NCBI RefSeq assembly: GCF_964355755.1
Contig: NC_092679.1
Span: 464,201-528,200 of the forward strand
DNA length: 64,000 nucleotides
Direction: 5' to 3'
DNA from: Antedon mediterranea
Lineage: Eukaryota; Animalia; Echinodermata
The translations under genes were made by a program, and so were the position numbers. The notes under the pieces were generated by a model. That model had not been told where the DNA came from, ran no database searches, and was given only the letters and a program-made list of their open reading frames with translations. Below are positions 27,501-39,500 of the stretch, one piece after another. Within the stretch, counting starts at the first letter, position 1. Every line of letters begins with the position of its first letter.

Positions 27501-30500
27501 GTACAACTCACCCATGTCAACGCATTTTGGATTTATCACTGATGTTTCTACTCTGCCTTTCTTTCCATAAGTTTTCTTTACAAAAAAAATATTTATTTTA
27601 AATGAATAAAAGTAAAAAAACAAAAGACAAACATATTTAAAAAATAAATAAAATGTCAATAATAGTAATATATCAATGTAAATAATATCAATATTAATTC
27701 AAAGAATAAAAAGCAACTTACAATACACTGTTTGCCATGTTCATCTTTATAGGCATGTAAAGTAGGTAGAAGAACCAAAGCTCTATGAAGGATGTTCCGT
27801 ACCATGGTCTTACCCCCTCCACTAGGACCTACTAACATTACACCATGACGTACTTGAAGTTGGCTAAATAGCTGTTGTACTTTGGTGAGCTGAGCTGGCC
27901 AAGGCTGAACGTTGAGGTCATGCACTGCCATAGAAATTGCTTTCTGTAAGTTACACAAACAATAAAATTAATAATAATATAGTGGTAAAACACTAAGAAG
28001 ACAATAAAGTGTCCTTTTAATAGTTGTGTTCCTGAATAATGATTGTTTAAAATTGATTGTTTAAAACATATTTCCCCTCATTCATTTCCTGGAAATGCAT
28101 CCTCCTAATAGGGTGTCTCTGAGGTGGGGTGACCTAAAGGATCTACTGTAGATAAATGGTAGAAGAAAAAAAAATATAAATCAACAAGTTAAAACTACTG
28201 TACTTAGGCAGATTTCTTTCCAGAACAAAAATGCTTTCTTAACATAATAAGGTTTGTGTGTTTACCTCCAGGTTGCCATAATCTGGTGATGGTGGATCAA
28301 TTCCTGGAAACAGATCTGCCAGAATGTTTTCAAATAATGGCACATCCTCAGCGATAAACTTTGGAAGGTTTGCATCACATAACGAATGAATCAACAGATG
28401 AGATTCTTCTTCTTCATTCAATATTATTCCTTTTCTGAAAATTACAGTTTAGTCACACATTTAATAATTTTTCATTTTATTTTGGAAAAAATAATACAAA
28501 ATCTTCCATAGCTCAAGAACAAATCATATTATTAGTACATTAAATTAGCAAATCTCTGTAAGCCATTAAACTTTTAATCACAAACAATGACTCACTGTGC
28601 TTGAATACCACGCTTCCTCTGCCCAGCCATCACAAGAACAGACTTAATGGCCCGCATGCCAAAATCATAATGATCCTGTAAAAGTACAACAGTAATAACT
28701 TTCATATACAATATAAAGCCTTCTCTACACTATGTGAACACAAATTTGATGTCCCCATATATGGACATGATGATGTCATATCACTACCATATTTGGGCAC
28801 ACCACTACCATATTTGGGCACATCACATTTTTTTTGTCAAAATAGTTTGATAGTGTAGACAGAGCTTCAGACACAAAATAAAGAAAACAAAATCTGTTCT
28901 TAGCATCACTGTCATCATTAAGTTTAAACTCTACTAACCTGCTGTGATAGCTGTTTACTCGCAAGTTGATATAAGTTCACTATCTTACTAGACAGTGACT
29001 TAGCTGTAGTGAAGCCACCAGCAAAAAGCAAGATCTCAGCAATCAGCGTATAGTCAAGAACCATCATTGAAACTTGGCGGAAGAGTGACTTCAGATTATC
29101 GGGTAACTCAACACGCCCTGCATACCTTAAAAATAATTCATAAAATTACATCAAATTTGATTTCATTTACGTCCTATATACTTTTTAATCCAGTGACATT
29201 CGATTTACTGCATTTGTTATATGTTTAATCTCATGGCATTCCAAGTGAACCACAAATATAAAGATGTATCTATCATGCATAGTATATGAAGTAACTTCAT
29301 CACTTACCCAGGATTCATTGTAATAAATACTCCACATGTATGGTTTAGTCTTGTATCACGCCCTTCAAACATAAACCTGAAATTTATATATCAAAATACT
29401 TGGTTGAAAATAACTGTTACAAGCACAATTTAGCAGAATACAGGTCATAAATCATATAATATTTCCAAATAATAGTGGCGTCATTTAGAAAGCAAATGCT
29501 TGTGTCAGGGACGTCAAAACTAAACAGAAAAAAAAACTAAAAAATATATATATAAATCACAGAAATTAATTTAAAAAAAAATTAAATAAAATAACAGCAA
29601 TCTAACCTGAGAGCAGAGGCATCCTTGGCAGTCTTTATACTGTGCAGTTGCTGGGCAACAACAGATAACACCTCAACATCAATTCTGTTGAATTCATCAA
29701 AACAACACCAACTTCCAGACTGAGCAAGTCCAGAGAAAAATTTACCAAGTGTCTGAAAGGTAATCAATATTTTTAATAATTACTAATATATAAATGATGA
29801 GAGTACAAGAACAAAAAGTAAATATTGACAACAAAATATTTGAGGCCAGGAAAATAGTAAGATAGTAACCACAAGCCTGGTGCCGGAAAACATTTAAAAT
29901 CACACGGGACAAAGCTTACAATAAAATTAACAATAGTAAAATAATTAAAGTACAGTCAACAAACATGTCCCAAATTCGTTTTTACCATTGAACACATTTC
30001 GAATACCAGACTTTCCAGAAAACCAGACATATTTAGTCAGCCCAATGGTGTCTGTATTGGGAGAGTTGACTACATTGTTTACCTTATAATCCAGGCCTTC
30101 AGAACAGTTGAAAACAAGGCAATGTTTTCCAACAGCTTTAGCCAAGTCTTTGACCGTCTCTGTTTTACCAGTACCAGCAGGACCGGCAGGTGACCCTCCC
30201 AGATGTAGATGGAGTGCACCAGTCAATGTCAGATAACATCTATCTGTTAGCGGCGTGATGACAAGTCTTGCTGAACAGCCCAGATATTCATAGCCATAAA
30301 GAAAGCTGGCATTGGCTTGACGCACCTGACAGGAATTGTGTTGTTCGTCCCACTCATAACGTAATTGCCTTTAACACAATAAAAATTGGTTTTCATATAA
30401 CAAATGTTGCACATTCCACAGTAAAAACCTGTACCTCTAATCGAATAAAAAAAATCAACAATCAAAATAAACGTTTATTTCTTTCAAAAGCAGAAAGAAC

Positions 30501-33500
30501 AACATCAATAACAACAATGAAACGTAATAAGGTTTAACAAAAGAAAATGTAATGTAAAAATCAAACATTTCATCAGAGAATCAAAAAAGAATGTCAATAT
30601 TTCTAGATAGTTTATTAAGAGTATATACTTTTAGTTTTTGTTGAATGCAATGCCAAATTCTTTATACCCAGCTATTGTTTGTTTTGTTGTTTACTGTCTT
30701 GAATGATGACCCTTGCATTACTGGTAGCTATTGTTTGTTTTGTTGTTTACTGTCTTGAATGATGACCCTTGCATTACTGGTAGCTATTTGTTTACTGTTG
30801 GTTGATGTTTTTAAAATAACGAGGAAAAAAGAAGGAAAAAATACAAACCGTTGCCATTCAAAGCTGTTGTCAGTAAAAACTTTATTCTGTATTAAGTTCA
30901 AGAGGATGTCCCTGGAATGCACTAAGATGGTAATAAATGCCTCTACACTCATCCTTTGATGTGTGGCTAGATTCTGAGTTACTAAGCCTGCCAGCGTGTT
31001 CAGATTGGTAATGAGGTCATCACATGTGTTTTGCAAGCTAGGTCCTGGATCGTTTTTCATCATACTTGCTACTACAGAACGATTAAACATTATTTGAGCC
31101 TATTACAAAAAATAAATAATACATATTAAAGTTAGATATATGTGATTAAAGATATTTAAACTTAAATTAATAAATAATACAATGCCATAGAATTTCTATA
31201 GAAAACAGTCTCGCACTACTACTAAAGTTAGATATTATGTGATTAAAAATATTGAACCTTAGATTATTGAATATTACAAATGTCATACAATTTCTATTTC
31301 TACAGAAAACAGTCTCTCTAAATTATTGTGGTTTAATCAAACACTAAAACCTAGAGAAAGACGAGACTCTGGTGGTAATGTTGATGGGTCTCAGAAGGAC
31401 ATCACTCACAATTCTTTCAATACATACAAATAAAGAGACTGACCACTGTGAGAATAATTTGACCAGGATGTCCAAGAGTCCAATCAGAAAACACTTCACC
31501 CCATTTATGCATACTTTCTTTAAGATTCCTGTTTCAAAACAAAGAGAAGGTGAACAATATTTAACCTGTACAAGAGATACTTGCATTTCTTTATTCTTTT
31601 TAATGTCCAATACATGGTCTTAGTATAAATAAAATAGTTCACATCTATTCTTACCTTTTAACAGTGTCAAACATACCAGACTCAACACTACCCAGCCATT
31701 GTTCAACAGGTCCACGAGCTCGTACATTCCTGCGTGTACAAAAAACTGTATTATAATATGTGATATTGTATTAGGGGTCCAAAGGGAGACCAATCTTTTT
31801 TCAAAAAATGTAACTAGCTTCAATTGGTTTTGTGTACAATTTAAAAAAATGGATTACATACTTTGGCATGATAACAGCCTCGCCTTCAGCTGAGATCATT
31901 GTGGCTACAGTAGGTGGTAACTTAGGCTCATAGACAATCTCCAATGATTTGATGTTTCCAAAACATTTTACAAGATGTGGCTGTAAATAACAAAAAGCAA
32001 TTTTAATACATCATTGACTTTACTCATTAATTTCTATCTTTAATGTTGTGTTATGTTAAATAAGAGTGTTCCCAGTAAATATCACTGACCTGAACAGCAT
32101 TAGGATTCTTACTCTGAGCCAGAAATAACAAAAAGCAGTTTTAATACATCATTGACTTTACTCATTAATTTCTATCTTTAATGTTGTGTTATGTTAAATA
32201 AGAGTGTTCCCAGTAAATATCACTGACCTGAACAGCATCAGGATTCTTACTCTGAGCCAGAATATCAAGCAGTTCATCGTTGCTCAGAAAATAGAATCGT
32301 GGAAAAACTAAACGTTTTGTTTCAAGGTAATCCTAAAAAAGAAATACAATAGTGATATAAATTAGAATACTATTCATATACAAGCAATTATTGAAGTTTA
32401 GTAAATAAATAAGATGAAATTTTAAAAAATAAATAAAACAATAATTACCTCTAAGCATTTTTGTATTTTTTCTAGATTAGAATTGTTTGTTTGTAATATT
32501 TCAAGAACACCAGGCGCAGTAGCTGCTCTGAGGGCGTTGGGTCGATCTTCTGTACGACGCATAACCTCTTTCCAACTCTTGTCAACTTGAATAAACAGTT
32601 TAGCTTCACTGGGCAGTTGTCTGTAATAACAAGATATTTAAATAGACCATCTTTCAACTTATTCTATTAATTCCATTCATAAACATTATAATAATAATAA
32701 TAAACAAATCTTTATTTTTGCAACGGAGATGTTTTTCCACGAGGCCGTATAACATTGTAACACAAAGTATTGTAATAAAAATTAAAATCAATTAAAATAA
32801 AAAATGTAAAGTTAGTAAATTAGACAAACAACACAAGGATATATTTTTGCTAGAAAATTACATTACACATTGTAATATTTTAAGGGTATTTTTTTTATTC
32901 CACCGCTGAGCGCGACTCATATACATTATTTGTATAACAATGTCATGCTATTAAAGCTTACAGTACCTTTGAATATCAGGAGTGCTAAAGATCTGTTCAA
33001 GATAAAGCCAATTCCTTTGGCATGTCATCCATTCATCTAAAGTTCTTGAAAATACATTCAACTTCCTGTCCCACTCTTCTACTAAAGCCTACATACAAAA
33101 GTACATTACTAATAACATGAACAGCATGTGTTTAAAACTGACTTAGTATTAAAATAAATAAAACACAACCATTCAATAGCACTTCATAAACTACAACAGT
33201 ATATTTTTAAAATATCTGACAATTTTGATATTATAGTAAATTTAAGTAACAAAATAAAAAGTTGAAGGAATTAAAAAAAGTTTGATGTTACCTTTATTGG
33301 TGTTACATATCTTGAACCTCTGATGGTTGCTACAGTCACTTGACTCTCTTCAAGCTGTATTGTGATGTCATCAGCTCCAGAGATGATAACAACATCCCTA
33401 CTTCCATGTGGAACAAGACGAAAGTCTGTTCCTTGCCAAAGATCTATCACCTGAGAAGATTATAGAAAAGTAATGAAGTACGTGTTTAACTTAACAATCA

Positions 33501-36500
33501 TTTTTATTTAATTTTATATGCATTCAACAGCGAGTAACTCACCAATTACAGGATGTATCGTGCTTATAAACTAAGTCTCATTTGATGCTTAGGGAGTGGA
33601 GTACAATCCTGGCACTACTGTAGGTCAGGATTGAACCCTTGACCCTGGGATTGGAAGGCAAGCATGTTAACCACCGAGCTACAACTTCACTACAAAGTTG
33701 TTTCAAACAGCCATAGGAGTGAGAAATTAGCTAGTTATATTACCTTATTAAGCATCACCTCCAAGGTGGCTTCATTGCTGGCTTGTGTGGAAATATCATT
33801 GATACGATCCTTATGTTCAAACACCTGTAAAAAGCAAGCAAAAATAATGTGACAATGATTTCTTGTGTTACTACTGTAAATCAGTTTGACTTCCAAATCT
33901 TTGTCTAAGACCAAATATGTAAGAATTAATATAAATAAAACAAAAAGAGAGAGAGGGTGCAAAGCCTTGCATACACTATCAAACTTTATGTGACAAAAAA
34001 TGTGATGTGCCCAGATGATGTCATATCACTACCATATTTGGGTATATCACTACCATATTTGGGCACATCACACTTTTGTTGTCAAACTAGTTTGATATTG
34101 TAGACAGAGCTTTATTAGTACTTACTTGCAATTCCAGTAGTTTTCCAAGCGAAAAGTTCTTTTCAATGAGAATATTCCTGCCGATGAGGTCCTGGATCTC
34201 TTTCCAATGTCTGGATCTAAGAGCTGGATTCCTCAGGGAAGAGATCACCGGCATTCCTTTCTTAAAGCTCACTACATTTTCTTTAAGAAGTGGAAGCACT
34301 TCATTGGCAGGAAGTCCTGAAAGAAAGTTTTTTTTTTTTATTTATTTATTCAATTTCTGCAATATACAATACAAAGAAAAAGACAAAACAAAATATAAAA
34401 GGCAAGGAAAGACCAAATAGGTTCTAAACACCTATGCTAGTTGGTCAACCCAGAACAATGCACAGAAAAAATAATTACAGTTGTATTGGTAATGAAAATC
34501 TTAATGAGTGTTAAGAGGATTGGTGACCTATGACCTGACTATTGCGCTTTATTCTTACTAAAAAAACTACTATATGTATTTACCATTTCGGAGTGTGATG
34601 CAAGAATTCGATGAAATTCATCTGTTGTCCATTCTTTACGCTTCATTGATTTTTCAACATCTATATGCCGTGACCTTTCAACCATCTCACAATAATCTTG
34701 AAAATCCTGAAATTTAAAAAAACAATGAACAGCTTTTTGTTGTTTTTAGAGCATCTAAAACTCTGTCTACACTATCAAACTTTATATGACAACAAAATGT
34801 GATGTGCCCATATATGGACATGATGATGTCGTATTACTACTATATTTGGGTATATCACTACCATATTTGGGCACATCACACGTTTTTTGTAACCTTTAAC
34901 TTCCTTTCCTGAAAACCAACCTCAGCATAATCGGTCACAACATCCAGATTTTCAGACACAATTTGAAGTGTGTTAGCTACCATCCTTTGATAATCTGGAT
35001 CCTCTCCAAATAGCAGCTCTAAGTCAGGCCAAGGACGGCTTAGTTCCCTCTGAGCGTCCTCTTCTTCTTTATCTATGGACAGCTTGAGGTCATAACAGGG
35101 TGGGAGCCAGAATACAGCTAGATGAGGTTCACGTTGTAAAGCTTGAACTTGGCCTGAATGAAAAAAAAATACTAGGCCTATTAACTATATGAGAATGAAT
35201 TGATTTACAACCAAAAAGTTTCAGACTCGTAGTTAATAAGCAGCTTCTGATTTACGATGACCTGCGACCTATGTATTCATCTTCGTTATTGGTCGTCACT
35301 TGGACCTACGATCAACAAAACTGAGGAATCTAGTAAGGAAGCATGTCAGCTCTCTACTTCTTTCTTCTAATTCTTTCTACAAGCAGCATACTTAAGCGCA
35401 TCTTAACTCTAATTCTTACTGAAAATGTTTGAACCGTTTACAGGGGTAATTTCTTAGTAACAGTCACTTACCAACAGCATGTTCAAAACCGGCAATGATC
35501 CCCTGAATTTTAGAAATGAACTCCGAATGTGAGGGCAGCAAACTAATATGAACCTTTGACCTGTCAGCAATTTCAACCTCCTTATGACTACTGTAAAAAT
35601 AACGCAAAAATAATTCAACTTTAGCGTTTATCCAGCTGCCATTTGGGCTTGTCAGAGCATACCATATGAAAGTGATGTGACACTTTGTAATTATATTTGT
35701 TAGTTTTTCATTTATCTGTTTTTGTATATCCAAGAGCAAACATAATTTCTTTGTATATATTATAAGCAAATGACAATAAATGGAAGTAATTTTCCACTGA
35801 TGAATAAATGAATTAATGAATCTACAATTGTGCAAAAGCAATTTTTTTAATCATGTTGTTTACCTTTCTGGATAAGCTAATATATCTTCCTCTTCTTCAT
35901 TCAGTGAATTTGTTCCATCACTCTCGTAATCTTGTTCTTCTTCATCTCCACTTTCTTCTTCTTCTTCTTTGTATACAAATAAACAGATATCCAATTAAAG
36001 TCAAGATTAAGAACTGTACTAACTAACCTTTACCAGGTAATGTATCATAGAATATCTATTTATATTCAATAAAAGAAAAATTGTATACAAAACAGTATTA
36101 TAACTTAAACACTCACTACACTATCAAACTTTATGTGACACAAAATGTGATGTGCCCATTATATGTACATGATGATGTCATATCACTACCATATTTGAGC
36201 ATACCACTACCATATTTGGGCACACTTTTTTTGTCAATCTAGTTTGACAGTGTAGACTGAGCTTAAGAGCAACTAACCCATATCACTGCCAGATGCATGG
36301 TCTTGCTCTACAAATGTTACACTCTTTTTTAGAGGAGATTTAAGTGATCTTTCTTCAGATATACTTGAATAGGAACCTCCATGTCTGGACGAAAGAACAA
36401 CATACACATAATAAAGGTAAAGGTATTTGTATATTTGTTCTCAAGCTAAGTGCAAACTGAAGAAAATTATGCCTTTCACAGACCCACTGCAGGCAGCAGT

Positions 36501-39500
36501 GCAACACCTACCAGATCAGCACACCAAGAGACAATCCCCCACTCTTTGAGAATAGTGTACAAAGTTCTTTAATGTGCACTATGTACATAGGACTGGCTTT
36601 AAATAATATAATAGTCATTTTCTAGTATTTATGTTAAAATTTGAGTTTTGTATAATATATCAATGTCACAGTTGGTATTGGTCTAATCTTTAAAGGTTGA
36701 AGATCATAAAATTAAAAAAGTGTATAAATTGTATTGAACTTACGACCCTGTAGGTGTGCATGTCACAGGCACATTTAGCATTAGCTGTAACTGAAATACA
36801 GGTTCTGGCGGCATCTCAACAAACTCCTGCTCTTTTATCTCTTCTAGAATCTAAAAATAATAATCAAACATAGGTAGACTGAAAAGTAATTAGTGAGTAA
36901 CTTCAATCAAGTAACTTTGAATTGTAATTTGTAGTTTTTGTTTTTTATTTATTTGTTTTTATATATCTCAGAGCAAACATAATTTCTATGTATATTTATA
37001 TGCAGATGACAATAATGGAAATAATTTTCCACTGATGAATGAATGAACTGTACCTTATCTATTGCATTCTGTGCTTTTTTGGTCTCATCAGTTTGAAGTT
37101 TTACTTTTTTTGCTCGATTTCGTTTTGCTGTGGGCAAAAAAAAAATTAGTTTAATATCATCACTTCTTAATCTAAATTATAAGTGACAGAGTTTGTACGT
37201 CTGTTTGTTTGTTCGTTATACAAATTTATTTTTGTTACTGCACGTAACCTTACATATGGGGTATCAAAATGACCGCAATTGTACCGGGAAAGTTCTAAAC
37301 TACATTTCAACATCGTCCGCCATCTAGGATCCAAGTTAGGGGCCAAAATGTGGTCAAAATGGCCCACTTTCGATGTTTGTTCGTTATACAAATTCCTGTT
37401 TCTGCATGTAACCATATATATGGGGTATCAAAATGATCGCAATTGTACCGGGAAGGTTTTAAACTACATTTCAAAAAGTCAGAGGATTTGGTGAAAGAGG
37501 GAGTTGGGAGATTGGGTGTGGTAGTTGGGGTTCTGAAGATAGTAGGGATGAAAACTGCCACTGAGGGATTATGGGTTTGGAGTGATGGCTAACATAATTT
37601 TTATTGAAACATTCTTAAACACATCACCCAGTATATGGGGTGTGTTTGAAGGGGGGGGGGGGGGAGGAGTGAAAATACTGGCGTAATGAAGTAGACTATA
37701 TGATTGGAATTGTAATAGGAAAAGTTACTACATTTGAACTGTCCAGGGGAGGAGTTAAGTTTTGTTGATTGTGGCTTGGATGGTGAGAGGAGAAGGAAGG
37801 CTGGGGGTCCGCAGTATCAAAATTAGATATTTAAATTATCAGCTAAAATAACACCTACTTATTTACACAGTTTACAACGTACTTAAACCAGGCCTATCGT
37901 AGCTATGTATACTCTCTCAATTTGAAGCTGAATTGAATTTGTCCTGTGAAGAATTTTTTTTTTTTAAAAGAGTGTGGGGTATTATTGAAGAGGGGTGGGG
38001 GTTGGTGAGTATAGGGAGATACTGGCATCGGTTGTTATTTACTGAGAAGGCTTTAAACTAACTTTAAAACCCGCCCTGGGGCGGGTATAATTGCTAGTAA
38101 TAAATATAATATCAATATTATAAGATTCTTCGAATTGAAAGCAAAGCATCTACCTAATCCTTCAGGATTACTCTCATCTTCTTCAATGCCGATTCCTGTG
38201 TCTAATGACGTCTGGAAAAAATCTTTTAAGGTCTTTACTGCGTTCTTAACGAGTCTCCTTAATAAGTTAAGAATGAGGTAGTCAGCAGCCCGTAGAAACT
38301 TAGACAAACGGGCTAACACATTACGCCATTGAGCAATCTGTGTGTAGGTCGGACCATTGTCTACCAAAAAAACATAATGTTACTCAAATTTAAACAATGA
38401 CTTGCAATTTGTACAAACAAATTAATATACAAATACTGAAAAATAAAGCTCTGTCTACACTAACAAACTTTATGTGACAAAAAAATGTGCCCATATGGAC
38501 ATGATGATGTCATATCATTACCATATTTGGGCATATCACTACCATATATGGGCACATCACATTATATTGTCACATATACACGACAGTGTAGACAGAGCTT
38601 AAGAAAGGTTGTAGACAAAATATTACGGACCTTTTTCTTTTTTCTTCTTCAGTAGATCAGCACTTGACACTCTTTTCATTAATGGTCCTGAGTGAGGCTG
38701 GAAGTTGTACTTAACACCTTCCATTTCAGCTACTTTCTGTCATGAGAAAATTCACATTGTTCTATACTACGTGTCTCATCAATAGGGCGAGTGTTAAGGA
38801 GGTTCTACTGTTATATCTACTACAGTACAGTAATTGATCAAAAATTTATATTCAAACTTACCACACAGCATTCCCAGCAAACTTTCACAATCTTTGACCT
38901 CATCTTTAGCAGACCATTTAAGGCCTCATCACATTGTTCAGCTTGCTTAACACAGAATTGATCCAAGTTCATAGTCGTTCGCTGATCAACGTTAAGTAGC
39001 GATATGGCTTTATCCGACATATTAATGGCTAGTTGACTACTTGAAGCTGCTGTCTCACACTGGGACTGGATGTGTAGTAAGCATCGCTGTAACAGCTCAT
39101 TTGCAGTGAATAGCTCCCTTATCATTGTATCTCTGTCAAGATTTATAAATCTAAAAGAAAGCATTAGTTCAACTGAGCTATCAAGTATTATTGAATTATT
39201 GAAATACTGGAATGTGTTTCTTCAATTCAACAATTTCTAAAGAGAAACTTACTTGCGATTTGTCATTTTCAAGCCACGAACATTTTTCTTCCAAACTGTA
39301 AATGCTTTCCACATCCTGCAAAAACATTTTTGTAAACATTTAATGCTTCCTTCTCATCATCTCACATAATAATATTACATACACTTTTTGCAACTTAAAA
39401 ACAGTAGGAACTGATAAAGAAAACCATATAACTATATAGCACATACAAAGCCTCAATGTGCTTAAAAGAAATAAGGCAAGTTTTCAGAGTAAAGTAAGCG

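Noticed and set aside
33625-33690. tRNA-Gly(TCC) gene
   Set aside because: Acceptor and anticodon stems do not pair, and diverged relatives occur at 10585 and ~18790, so it is a SINE head.
35700-37050. Similar ~110-bp segments at ~35710 and ~36945
   Set aside because: Most simply two decayed copies of a dispersed repeat; no coding or structural signal seen.
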